From an uncultured Dehalococcoides sp. (GTDB lineage Bacteria > Chloroflexota > Dehalococcoidia > UBA2979), in contig CAZVNJ010000003.1 in the NCBI GenBank assembly GCA_964628985.1, positions 15,977 to 79,976 of the forward strand: DNA of 64,000 nt, written 5' to 3'. A model generated the notes under the pieces. That model was not told the origin of the DNA and searched no databases. It saw only the letters and a list, made by a program, of their open reading frames with translations. Position numbers and translations under genes: made by a program. Below are positions 15,460 to 24,528 of the stretch, one piece after another. Every line of letters begins with the position of its first letter. The first letter of the stretch is position 1.

Positions 15460-18400
15460 GTGCGCGCCCCCTACAATCCCGCCGTGACCCGCATCCGCTC
15501 GCTCGCTGTCCTCGCCGTGCGACGCATGGCTGCCCACTGGCGCCTCGTCGCCAGCGCGGCGCTCGGGGCGGTCGTCTCGTCCGCGATCCTCTCGGCGACG
15601 GTGATCTACGCCGACACGATCCGCGACCTCGGCCTCCGGCACGCGCTCGAAGGGCCCCCGGCGGAGAGCCTGGCCGTGCAGGTGCGTCGGGACTCGACCT
15701 CAGCGCGCCGCGACGAGTACCAGCGTGCCTCCCAGCGGATCGAGAGTCAGGTGCGCGCCGCGATTGGCGACGCGACCGGCACCATCCTCCGCCAGGGGAC
15801 CAGCCAGACCTTCTACCTCACGCCCCCGGGTGGTCGCGTCAATGAAGGCGACCCGCGACGGCCTCGTGCCACGCTGCGATTCCGCGACCGCCTGGGCGAG
15901 CATGTGACGCCCGTGGCGGGAACATTCCCTGGCTCCGCGGTGCCCTCAGACGCCAGTGCGCCGCTACAGGTCGCGATCGCCGCGGACCTCGCGCAGCGAG
16001 AGGCCATCGCGATCGGAGATCGCTTCGAATTGCACCCATGGTGGGAACCCGGGCGACCGCCGTTGAGACTGCAGATCGCGGCGATCGTCCGCCCGACAGA
16101 CCCGGCCGACGACTACTGGAAGACCTCGCCGACCGCGATCGATGAGCCCGTCGGCGGTTGGCCCGCTTTCGTGTTCCTGATGCCGGAGGAGGCCTTCTTT
16201 ACCGCCCTGACGAGCCGCATGCCCACCGCGGGGACCACGTACAACGACGTCTATTCGATCCACTTCGACGGTCTCAATGCACGAAACGCGGCGTCGGTGG
16301 CCGACGGGATCAAGGCGCTCCCGGCCAACCTCGCCTCTGTGGAGCGGGACACGCTGGTCAGCTCCGGGTTGGAGCCGGTACTCCGGACCTTTGATGACCG
16401 GCTCTTCTTCGTGCGGATTCCGTTGTTCGTGCTGCTACTCCAGATCGGCGGGATCGTCTGTTACTACCTCGTGATGGTCTCGACCATGCTGGTGGAGCGT
16501 CACGCCCCCGAAATGGCGGTCCTGCGCAGCCGCGGGGCGAGCCCCGCGCAACTACTCATCGAGTTTGGGGTCGAGGGACTGCTGCTGGCGTTGCTCGCCG
16601 CCGCGACGGGCCCGCTGCTGGCCGCGGCCTTGATCTCTGCGCTCGGACCCACCCCGCCCTTTGCCGCGCTCTCGGGAGGCGGGCCGCTGTCCGTGCATAT
16701 TTCGCTCCTCTCATATGTCTTCTCGCTCGGTGGGGCGGTCTTGGCGTTTGCCTCCTTCATGCTCCCCGCGTACCGCGCAACCCGGACAACGGTGGTCGAG
16801 TTTCGGAGGGCGTCTGCGCGGCCGCGCGCCGTGCCTCTCTTCCTTCGCTATTACCTCGATGTCGCGCTCGTACTGCTCCTCGCAGTCGTCTTCTGGCGCC
16901 TGCGGCAGGACGAACAACTATTCACCCGCACTCTGTTCGGTGAGCGGCAGTCAGATCCACTACTGCTCGCCACTCCGGCGGTGATCATGGTCACCGTCGG
17001 GGTGGTGTTCCTGCGCCTCTTCCCGCTCGTCCTCCGCCTCGTGGCATGGAGCCTCACCTGGATCGCGGGCGCCGCCACGCTGGTCGGCGTACGCTCGCTG
17101 GCGCGCGATCCCACGCATTACTCGAGGCTCGTGCTCATGCTGATGCTGGCGACCGGCGTCGGCATGTTCGGCGCGACGTTCTCGGCCACACTCGATCACT
17201 CATACGACGACCGTGCCCGCTATCCGGTGGGGGCAGACGTCCGAGCAGCAGACCTCCGGCGGCTGGCCGGCGCCGGTGACGTCGCGTTCCTCCAGGCGAT
17301 GGGCGCCATCCCGGCGGGCCGGGTGAGCGCCGTCAGCCGTAGCGAGGCGCTGGCGCACTTTGGAGGAAAGACGGAGCCGCTTCAGGCGCTGGGCGTGGAT
17401 CCGGACACCTTCGGCGAAGTCTCCTATTTCCGCGGCGACTTCTCAGGTGAATCACTCGAGTCGATACTGCGCACCCTCGCGATGAACGCGCCGACTACGA
17501 CGCCGAGACTTCTGCCCGAGGGCACTCGCCAGGTGGGCGTCTGGGCGAAGTTTCCCGATATCCGAGGCCCGCTCACGCTCAACCTGAATGTCCGCGACGC
17601 CAATGGACGCGTCGAGACGTTGCCGCTCGGCTCGGTGCGCCCCGGCGACCCCTCGACCCAGGAGTGGCGCTTCTTCGCCGTCAATCTGGACGCGCGCAGG
17701 AGCGGGCCTGGAGCCCGGCCCCCCTTGGTCCATCCACTCGCGTTCGAAGCCATCTACACGTCGACCGTAAGCGCGATCGCTGCTCAGCGCGGTGTCGCGA
17801 TGTATGGCCCGCTCATGGTCACCTCCACACCAGCGACACCAGGTAGCCCCGAGGGCGACATCGGCACGAACCCATTCGGAGAAGCGCGGGTCGCGCTGGA
17901 CTTTTCCGCGCCGGGTTTCGAGCCGGTACAGGGGCAGAACATCGCGCGGGTGACCGATACGCTGACCGTGACGACGGACTCTCCGCCGGGCGCCCCCGCC
18001 GGGTCGCGCTACGTGTGGTCCGACACGCGCGTCGCCCCTCGAGAACGCGGCATCCGGCCGAGTTCGGACGGGCAGCCCGTCGCTGTCTACCTCGCTGAGG
18101 CATCCGCCGGCCGGCTCGGGATGAAGCGAGGTGACACGTTCCGCCTGCTCATCGGAGGCACGTTCACCGACGCGCGACTCGAGGGCACGTTCCGCCTCTT
18201 CCCGACCTACGACGCCAACCGGGAACGGCTCGGCTTCGCCATCGTCGAGCAATCACGGCTCGCCGCCCTCATGCGGGGGTCGCTCGCGAGCCAGAAGGCG
18301 ACCTTGAACGAAGCCTGGTTTGCCACGGACGATCCTGCCGCCACGATCGAGGCTTTGCAGGAGTACAACGCCCAGACGCTGCTGGACACAAGAGCCGAGC

Positions 18401-18861
18401 GCGCCCGCCAGGCCGAGGATCCACTGATCGCGGCCGGCTGGGCTGGGATCCTCGGGATCTCGTTCGCGACGGTGCTCGTGCTCTCGGCGATCGCCTTCGT
18501 GCTCTACTCCTACCTCACGGCGCAGCGCCGGGCGCTCGAGTTCGCGATCCTGCGTACGCTCGGCTTCTCACGCCTGCAGGTCTTCCTCGTGGTCGCGATC
18601 GAGTACCTGGCGATCGTGGTCGCCGGTATGGGGCTGGGCACGCTCGTGGGCCTGCAGGTAGGACGACGCATGATGGATGTGCTTGGCATCAGCGAGGGCG
18701 GCACGGCCGTCCTCCCTCCGTTCGCGCTGGCGGTGTCCTGGTTGCAGGTGTTCACCGTGTGGGGAGTCCTGGGGGCGGCATTCGTGCTGACGATCGGAGC
18801 GGTCGTACTACTCTACGTGCGCCTCGCGATCCATCGGGCGTTGCGCGTGGGCGAAGGATGA
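15460..18861 (+). CDS. Giant ABC transporter permease, paralog of 12065-15427 (double FtsX-type)
   Basis: 1133 aa, GTG start. N-terminal LAVRRMAAHWRLVASAALG. Internal FtsX block ERHAPEMAVLRSRGASPAQL. C-terminal block RRALEFAILRTLGFSRLQVFLVVAIEYLAIVVAGMGLG. Divergent from its paralog with 32 bp between start codons. Confidence 0.8.
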   Translation: MRAPYNPAVTRIRSLAVLAVRRMAAHWRLVASAALGAVVSSAILSATVIYADTIRDLGLRHALEGPPAESLAVQVRRDSTSARRDEYQRASQRIESQVRAAIGDATGTILRQGTSQTFYLTPPGGRVNEGDPRRPRATLRFRDRLGEHVTPVAGTFPGSAVPSDASAPLQVAIAADLAQREAIAIGDRFELHPWWEPGRPPLRLQIAAIVRPTDPADDYWKTSPTAIDEPVGGWPAFVFLMPEEAFFTALTSRMPTAGTTYNDVYSIHFDGLNARNAASVADGIKALPANLASVERDTLVSSGLEPVLRTFDDRLFFVRIPLFVLLLQIGGIVCYYLVMVSTMLVERHAPEMAVLRSRGASPAQLLIEFGVEGLLLALLAAATGPLLAAALISALGPTPPFAALSGGGPLSVHISLLSYVFSLGGAVLAFASFMLPAYRATRTTVVEFRRASARPRAVPLFLRYYLDVALVLLLAVVFWRLRQDEQLFTRTLFGERQSDPLLLATPAVIMVTVGVVFLRLFPLVLRLVAWSLTWIAGAATLVGVRSLARDPTHYSRLVLMLMLATGVGMFGATFSATLDHSYDDRARYPVGADVRAADLRRLAGAGDVAFLQAMGAIPAGRVSAVSRSEALAHFGGKTEPLQALGVDPDTFGEVSYFRGDFSGESLESILRTLAMNAPTTTPRLLPEGTRQVGVWAKFPDIRGPLTLNLNVRDANGRVETLPLGSVRPGDPSTQEWRFFAVNLDARRSGPGARPPLVHPLAFEAIYTSTVSAIAAQRGVAMYGPLMVTSTPATPGSPEGDIGTNPFGEARVALDFSAPGFEPVQGQNIARVTDTLTVTTDSPPGAPAGSRYVWSDTRVAPRERGIRPSSDGQPVAVYLAEASAGRLGMKRGDTFRLLIGGTFTDARLEGTFRLFPTYDANRERLGFAIVEQSRLAALMRGSLASQKATLNEAWFATDDPAATIEALQEYNAQTLLDTRAERARQAEDPLIAAGWAGILGISFATVLVLSAIAFVLYSYLTAQRRALEFAILRTLGFSRLQVFLVVAIEYLAIVVAGMGLGTLVGLQVGRRMMDVLGISEGGTAVLPPFALAVSWLQVFTVWGVLGAAFVLTIGAVVLLYVRLAIHRALRVGEG

Positions 18862-18865
18862 ACCC

Positions 18866-19750
18866 GTGACGCAGCCCTCGGCCGCCCCGTACGTGCAGTG
18901 CGAGGACGTCTTCAAGATCCACAAGACCCAGGAACTCGAGGTCGTCGCCCTGCGGGGCCTCGACCTTTCGGTTGCGCCGGGCGAGGTGATGGCCATCGTT
19001 GGTGCCTCGGGCTCGGGAAAGTCCACTCTCCTCAACATCCTCGCCGGCTTGGACCAACCGTCTGCCGGCCGCGTGCGCGTCGGCGAACGCGACTTGCTCA
19101 CCATGAACGACGAGGAACTCGTCGACTACCGTCGGAGCGAGGTGGGCTTTGTCTGGCAGCAGACCGGCCGGAACCTCCTCCCGTACCTCACCGCCCGTGA
19201 GAACGTCGAGGTCCCTCAACTGGTCGATGGCGTCGACCGGCGGGTGGCCAGCGTCCGGGCACTTGAGTTGCTCGCGCAGGTGGGACTGGAAGCGAAGGCG
19301 GACCATCGGCCGAACCAGATGTCCGGCGGCGAACAGCAGCGCGTCGCCATCGCAGTCGCGCTCGCCAACCAGCCCCCGCTCCTCCTGGCGGACGAGCCTA
19401 CGGGCGAACTCGACAGCGCGACGGCCACTGAGGTCTTCGCCGCCCTGCACGCCCTCAACCAATCGACCGGCGTCACCATCGTGATCGTCTCGCACGATCG
19501 CACCATCACCGAACGTGTCGACCGCGTAGTGACGATGCGGGACGGCCGCACCAGCGCCGAGTTCGTCCGGCGCGTGACCTTTGGCCGCGAACGCGAGGCG
19601 ATGGAAGAGTTCGCCCTGGTCGACCGCAGCGGGCGCCTGCAGATCCCCCGTGAGTTCGTGGACGGTCTGCACCTTGGGACACGCGCCCGGGTGGAACTGC
19701 GTGAGGACCATGTCGAGATCTACCCGTCCAGTCCCGAGGGCTCCCGATGA
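18866..19750 (+). CDS. ABC transporter ATP-binding protein (MacB/LolD-like) with C-terminal AbrB/MazE-like extension
   Basis: Walker [11 protein letters not shown]-loop, signature MSGGEQQRV, Walker [14 protein letters not shown]-loop. An extra ~65 aa carries [38 protein letters not shown] start 4 nt after the permease stop. Confidence 0.9.
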   Translation: MTQPSAAPYVQCEDVFKIHKTQELEVVALRGLDLSVAPGEVMAIVGASGSGKSTLLNILAGLDQPSAGRVRVGERDLLTMNDEELVDYRRSEVGFVWQQTGRNLLPYLTARENVEVPQLVDGVDRRVASVRALELLAQVGLEAKADHRPNQMSGGEQQRVAIAVALANQPPLLLADEPTGELDSATATEVFAALHALNQSTGVTIVIVSHDRTITERVDRVVTMRDGRTSAEFVRRVTFGREREAMEEFALVDRSGRLQIPREFVDGLHLGTRARVELREDHVEIYPSSPEGSR

Positions 19751-20481
19751 CTGCGACGCGGCCAGTCCCGGAAGCCTCGTCCCCGGCCGTGGAGGTGCGC
19801 GGCGTGTCCCGGCATTTCGACGGTGGGGGTCACCGCGTCTACGCCGTCCGCGACGTTTCGCTGACGGTGGCGCCCGGGGAATTGCTGGCGATCGTCGGGC
19901 GCTCCGGCTCCGGGAAGACCACGCTGCTCAACCTGATCGCCGGGCTGGACCGGCCGGACGAGGGCGCCGTGTTGCTGGAGGGCCGGGACATCACCGCAGC
20001 GACCGAGGCGGAACTGACGGCGCTGCGGCGCAGCCACATCGGCTTCGTGTTTCAGTCGTTCGGCCTGCTCCCGCTCCTCTCGGCGGCGGAGAACATCGCC
20101 CTTGCGCTACGCATCGCTGGTGCTAGCAGCAAAGACGAGGGCCAGCGGACGCGAGAACTTTTGGAGATGGTGGGGCTGACGGCCCGGGCCGGGCACCGTC
20201 CCTACGAACTCTCCGGCGGCGAACAACAACGCGTCGCCGTCGCCCGGGCGCTTGCCAACCGACCTAGGCTGCTGATCGCGGACGAGCCCACCGGGGAACT
20301 CGACACGGTGACCGGCGCACAGATTTTCGGGCTGCTACAGGCAGCAGCCGCGGACGGCGTCACGATCGTCATGGCGACGCACGACCCGCTCATCGTCGAC
20401 TACGCGCATCGGGTGGTGGAGATGTCGGACGGGCGCCTGGTGGAGGGCGGCGAAGTCTCGCGGGGGATGCGGCGGGACTGA
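19747..20481 (+). CDS. ABC transporter ATP-binding protein (second, distinct ATPase)
   Basis: Walker [10 protein letters not shown], signature LSGGEQQRV, Walker [16 protein letters not shown] overlaps the previous stop (ATGA). Confidence 0.9.
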   Translation: MTATRPVPEASSPAVEVRGVSRHFDGGGHRVYAVRDVSLTVAPGELLAIVGRSGSGKTTLLNLIAGLDRPDEGAVLLEGRDITAATEAELTALRRSHIGFVFQSFGLLPLLSAAENIALALRIAGASSKDEGQRTRELLEMVGLTARAGHRPYELSGGEQQRVAVARALANRPRLLIADEPTGELDTVTGAQIFGLLQAAAADGVTIVMATHDPLIVDYAHRVVEMSDGRLVEGGEVSRGMRRD

Positions 20482-20520
20482 TCTCGGCTCGGTGGACATC
20501 GACGAGTGCCTGGACATGAA

Positions 20521-20551
20521 GAAGGGGCGAAGCCGCAGGCCTCGCCCCTTC
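20521..20551. terminator. GC-rich hairpin between convergent genes (candidate bidirectional terminator)
   Basis: gaaggggcga agccgcagg cctcgccccttc forms a ~10-bp stem with a 9-11 nt loop. Lies in the 89-bp gap between the ATPase (+) and the CHRD gene (-). No strong U-tract. Confidence 0.35.
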
Positions 20552-20570
20552 TCAGTCGCTTGCGCGGGTC

Positions 20571-21218
20571 TTACCGCTTGCGGGCGGTGATGACGCGTGC
20601 GCCGCCAACCGCAACGAGCGCGACGGCGATGAGGCCGAGCGCCATGTAGCGGCCTGCCTCGTCCGCGGACTCGTTCAGGCCGCCGTTACCGGTTTTCGCC
20701 GGAGCCGCTACCGGGGCAGGAGCCGCGGCAGCGGCGGTGATCTGCGCACGGATCTCGCCACCCGGGTTGGCCGTAGTGTGCACGTTCACGTAGAGCGTGC
20801 CGGCCTTGAGTGCGGTGACGAACCCGGCCATGTTGCCGGCCAGCGCGCCCGCGAGGTCCGCTGCACGCGCCGTGCCGGAGACGTTGATCGTGGAAACCGG
20901 CGCACCGGTCGGTGCGGCGAACAGGTTCACGACAATGCCGCCGTTGCTGCCGGCCGCGCCGCTGTGGATGTGGGCCGCGGTGGCGTTGGTGATTGCTGGC
21001 ACGCTCAACGTCCATGCAAGCGTCCCCGCTGCCTCGTCAAGCGTTGCGGAGAAGGTGCCGGTCGCCGTCGTCGTGACCGCCGGGACCTCGTTGGCACCAG
21101 CGAGCTTCGCCTCGAACTTCGCGCCTGCAGCCTGGCCGAGGACCACTGCCGGGAGCAGGGCCGCGGTCGCAGCGATCGCCAGGCTTGCGCCCAGCCATCG
21201 CTTCTTCTGGATCGTCAT
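20571..21218 (-). CDS. CHRD-domain protein, secreted with C-terminal membrane anchor
   Basis: 215 aa. Signal peptide. ANEVP...ATG...AHIHSGAAG...GGIVVNL CHRD pattern. C-terminal hydrophobic GRYMALGLIAVALVAVGG followed by basic residues. RBS GGAGGAA. Confidence 0.7.
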   Translation of the reverse strand: MTIQKKRWLGASLAIAATAALLPAVVLGQAAGAKFEAKLAGANEVPAVTTTATGTFSATLDEAAGTLAWTLSVPAITNATAAHIHSGAAGSNGGIVVNLFAAPTGAPVSTINVSGTARAADLAGALAGNMAGFVTALKAGTLYVNVHTTANPGGEIRAQITAAAAAPAPVAAPAKTGNGGLNESADEAGRYMALGLIAVALVAVGGARVITARKR

Positions 21219-21317
21219 CTGTCGTTCCTCCGAGATGCGTCGCCAGTGGCGGCGACTACGCTGGCCGCGCGTCGCCAGTATAGGCCCGCCGGCGCAGACC
21301 TACGGCGTCCCGCCACG

Positions 21318-21872
21318 CTAGTACCCATCATTCGTCGAGCCAGAGCCTCCCGCCGGGGTGCCAGGCGCGGGGGTGGCGCCCGAGGGCGTGCCCGGACTTC
21401 CACGCCCGCCGACCTCGAAGGCCGCGAACATGCCCGAGATGTAATGACTCGCGACATTGCAGAGGAGGACGTACCGGCCCGGCTGCAGGGACACCCGCAG
21501 GTCCTGCCTGCCACCGGCCTCGATGGGCTGGGTGCGGGACACAAGCTCCACCTGCTTCTCGTCCACGAGTTTCTGCTCGAACTGAGGCAACTTGTCGGGC
21601 GCCAGGTTGCTCTTCACCACGACGAACTCGTGCGGGATCGCACCGGCGTTCTGCACCGTGAACGTCACCTCCCCGGCTGGCACCGCCGCGAGGGCCGGCG
21701 CCACCGAGAAGTCCTTGAGTGCGACCGAGACCGTGCTGGGGCGTGGGGGTGCCGCCGCCCCACTGTCCGCCTTCGGCGCCGGATCTGAGGAAGAACAGGC
21801 ACTGAACGCGAAGCCGAGCGCAAGCCCCACTACGAGGCGGGAGCACCGCCTCCACTGCCATTGAGATGCCAT
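21318..21872 (-). CDS. Cupredoxin-like (type 1 copper) lipoprotein
   Basis: Lipobox LGFAFSAC. Candidate copper ligands His in IPHEF and Cys/His/Met in [12 protein letters not shown] (H-C-H-M). Ser/Thr/Pro-rich C-terminal tail. Confidence 0.65.
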   Translation of the reverse strand: MASQWQWRRCSRLVVGLALGFAFSACSSSDPAPKADSGAAAPPRPSTVSVALKDFSVAPALAAVPAGEVTFTVQNAGAIPHEFVVVKSNLAPDKLPQFEQKLVDEKQVELVSRTQPIEAGGRQDLRVSLQPGRYVLLCNVASHYISGMFAAFEVGGRGSPGTPSGATPAPGTPAGGSGSTNDGY

Positions 21873-21981
21873 GTCCAGACTTTCTCAGCGGCCGCGCTGG
21901 GTTCTGTGCCTGTATACGCCAGCCGAGACCGCCACAGATCCAGTAGCCTGCCGCGCAGACACCGCCCAGGAGGATCCAGCC

Positions 21982-23532
21982 ATGACCACCACCACCACTC
22001 CTACCGTCCAGACCACGGCCGGCGCCGTCCGCGGCTTCGTCGACCGCGGCGTCCAGGTTTTCCGAGGGATCCCGTACGGTGCCCCCACCTGGGGCGCGCG
22101 ACGTTTCCGCAAGCCCGAGCCGGCACCGCGCTGGGACGGCGTGCGGGACGCCCTCGAATTCGGCCACGCGACGCCGCAGGAGAAGCCCGTCGCCGAAACG
22201 GCCGTCGAGGAAGGGGAGGACTGCCTCGTCCTCAACGTGTGGACGGCCTCGACCGAGGATGGCCGCAAGCGTCCGGTCATGGTCTGGCTCCACGGCGGTG
22301 GCTTCCGGAACGGCGTCGGTGCGACGAAGGCGAGCGACGGCGTGAACCTGGTGAAGCGCGGCGATGTCGTCGTCGTCTCGCTCAACCACCGACTCAACGT
22401 CTTCGGCCACCTCCACCTTGCGGACCTCTGCGGGCCCGACTTCGACGGCGGCGGGATCGCCGGCGTGCTCGACATCGTGCTGGCCCTCCAGTGGGTGCGC
22501 GACAACATCGAGGCGTTCGGCGGTGACCCGTCGAACGTCACGCTGTTTGGAGTCTCCGGCGGCGGGCGGAAGATCAGCGTGCTCCTCGGCATGCCCGAGG
22601 CGAAGGGGCTCTTCCAGCGCGGCATCATCCAGAGCGGCGCCCACCCGCGCGCCGTCCCGCGCGAGATGGCGAACGGGCTTGCCGAGCGGCTGCTCGCACG
22701 AGCCGGCCTCAAGCCCTCAGAGGTCGCGAAGTTGCAGGCGATGCCAGTGAAGCAGGTGAACGACCTGATCTACGGCCTGATCGACGACGAGGCGGGGCGT
22801 GGCCTGCGCACCACGCGCATGATGCTCTCGCCAGTCATCGATGGCACTCACCTGCCAGGCGACCCGTTCGGTGGTGTGGCAGCGCCGACGGCGGCAGGCG
22901 TCCCCATCATGATCGGCACGATGCGCGACGAGATGGGTACCTACCTCGTGCGGATGCCGGAGATGGCCAGTGTCACCGAGGAGGGGGTGGGCGACATCGT
23001 GCGGCCGGTGCTCGGCGAGCGGACCGCCGAAGTGATGGCGGTGTACCGTCAGAACCGGCCAGGCATCACCCCGTACCAGTTACTCGTCGCGATCGCGAGC
23101 GAGGACCGCCGCTTGCTTTCGATGCAGATCGCCGAGCAGCAGTCTGCGACGGCGCCCGTCTATATGTACCAGAACGCCTGGAAGTCGAACGCTGGCAACG
23201 GGCTGATCGGCGCGGGCCACGGCCTCGACACGCCGCTCGCCTTCGACAACGCGGACGGCCGGCCGACGACGGGCACGGATCCGAACCGCTTTGAGATGGC
23301 GGCGCTGGTCGCGGAGACCTGGATCGCCTTCGCGAAGACCGGCGACCCGAACCATGCCGGGCTCCCAACCTGGAAGCGCTTCGATCCAGCCGGGCGGCAG
23401 ACGATGATCCTCGACCTCCCGCCGCATGCCGAGGCCGACCCGAACGGCGTCGAGCGTCGCGCGTGGGACGGGATCAGCGTGAACCTGCCGTGGGAGGGCG
23501 CGGCGTTCGCCGGCGCATTCAGCGCCGACTGA
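21982..23532 (+). CDS. Carboxylesterase type B family (para-nitrobenzyl-esterase-like)
   Basis: [39 protein letters not shown] (nucleophile elbow). ATG at 21982 with CAGGAGGA 7 nt upstream. I rejected the track's earlier start at 21871. Confidence 0.85.
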   Translation: MTTTTTPTVQTTAGAVRGFVDRGVQVFRGIPYGAPTWGARRFRKPEPAPRWDGVRDALEFGHATPQEKPVAETAVEEGEDCLVLNVWTASTEDGRKRPVMVWLHGGGFRNGVGATKASDGVNLVKRGDVVVVSLNHRLNVFGHLHLADLCGPDFDGGGIAGVLDIVLALQWVRDNIEAFGGDPSNVTLFGVSGGGRKISVLLGMPEAKGLFQRGIIQSGAHPRAVPREMANGLAERLLARAGLKPSEVAKLQAMPVKQVNDLIYGLIDDEAGRGLRTTRMMLSPVIDGTHLPGDPFGGVAAPTAAGVPIMIGTMRDEMGTYLVRMPEMASVTEEGVGDIVRPVLGERTAEVMAVYRQNRPGITPYQLLVAIASEDRRLLSMQIAEQQSATAPVYMYQNAWKSNAGNGLIGAGHGLDTPLAFDNADGRPTTGTDPNRFEMAALVAETWIAFAKTGDPNHAGLPTWKRFDPAGRQTMILDLPPHAEADPNGVERRAWDGISVNLPWEGAAFAGAFSAD

Positions 23533-23537
23533 GATGG

Positions 23538-23690
23538 CTACTCGACGGGCGGCGCCTCCTGCGGACGACGCGGGGCGACGTGGTGGTGGCCGGAGCGCTG
23601 GCTCCCGGTGAACGCCATGGCAGCGGAAGCCACCGCCCAGATCATGATCACGGCGCTCACAGCGAACGGGATCGCGGGCGGGACGTTCAT
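23538..23690 (-). CDS. Putative 50-aa small membrane peptide, translationally coupled to the hydrolase gene
   Basis: MNVPPAIPFAVSAVIMIWAVASAAMAFTGSQRSGHHHVAPRRPQEAPPVE. Start overlaps the upstream stop (ATGA). One hydrophobic helix plus a His-rich tail. Too short for the ORF track and has no homology support. Confidence 0.25.
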   Translation of the reverse strand: MNVPPAIPFAVSAVIMIWAVASAAMAFTGSQRSGHHHVAPRRPQEAPPVE

Positions 23691-24505
23691 CGATGGCTCC
23701 CTGCGAATGCATTGACGGCCGCGAGGACGGCGGACGGCTGCTCGAGCAGCAGTTCGTGGCCGGCGTCCTCGATCTCTGACAGTTTCGCGCCTCGGATGCC
23801 CTGCGCAAAGTCCTCGGCGTAGGAGGGCGGGACCACGCGGTCGTGCTTCCCCCAGATCAGCAGCGTGGGGGACGTCACTCGATGGATGCGCTTGTGCAGG
23901 CCACGACTCGGAATCGGCCAGAGGTACTTCGCCGCCGTCGCCAGCGTCTTGGCGCGTTCGAGGTAGGTCTGCACGAGCTCCTGGCCAGTCTCGGACTGGA
24001 CCCCGGCCTTCACCATCCGCATCAGTCCCGCCTCGCCGGAGTTCTGGGCCGCCTCGCCCGTCGGGTCGGCGAAGAACGCGCGGGTGAGTTCGTTCGGAGT
24101 GCAGGCGAAGAAGTCGAACGTGGGCCGGTCGGCGTGGAAGAAGCCCATCGGAGCGGCGAGCACGAGCCAGGGGAAGCGCTTCGGCTGCGTCGCGGCGACC
24201 TCGGCTGCCACCATGCCGCCCAGCGAGTGCCCGAGCACCGGCACGCTTTCCAGTCCAAGCGCGTCGAGCAGGTCGAGGTAGGCGTAGACGAGGTCCTGGA
24301 CCGTGTCGAGTTCCACCTGGCTGCCGTCGCCAAAGCCGGGGGTGCGAGGCGCAATCACGCGGTACTGCTGCGCCAGCCGCTCGAGGAACGGCGTCCAGTG
24401 GAGGCCGGAGATGCCGTGCAGGAAAAGGAGCGGTGGCCCGCTCCCGTCCTCGACGACTTCCACGGTGTAGCGCCCGTTCGCCACGGGGACCTGCGAGGTC
24501 TTCAT
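23687..24505 (-). CDS. Alpha/beta hydrolase fold protein
   Basis: 272 aa from the ATG at 24505. LLFLHGISG, nucleophile elbow GHSLGG, C-terminal catalytic His in DAGHELLLEQP. Confidence 0.8.
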   Translation of the reverse strand: MKTSQVPVANGRYTVEVVEDGSGPPLLFLHGISGLHWTPFLERLAQQYRVIAPRTPGFGDGSQVELDTVQDLVYAYLDLLDALGLESVPVLGHSLGGMVAAEVAATQPKRFPWLVLAAPMGFFHADRPTFDFFACTPNELTRAFFADPTGEAAQNSGEAGLMRMVKAGVQSETGQELVQTYLERAKTLATAAKYLWPIPSRGLHKRIHRVTSPTLLIWGKHDRVVPPSYAEDFAQGIRGAKLSEIEDAGHELLLEQPSAVLAAVNAFAGSHR

Positions 24506-24528
24506 CGCTGCCTGCTCCCGTGCCTCGG

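Noticed and set aside
21871-21981. Earlier start for the carboxylesterase gene at 21871 overlapping the cupredoxin start codon
   Set aside because: The extension lacks an RBS and overlaps the divergent gene start. The ATG at 21982 has CAGGAGGA at ideal spacing and begins the conserved region.
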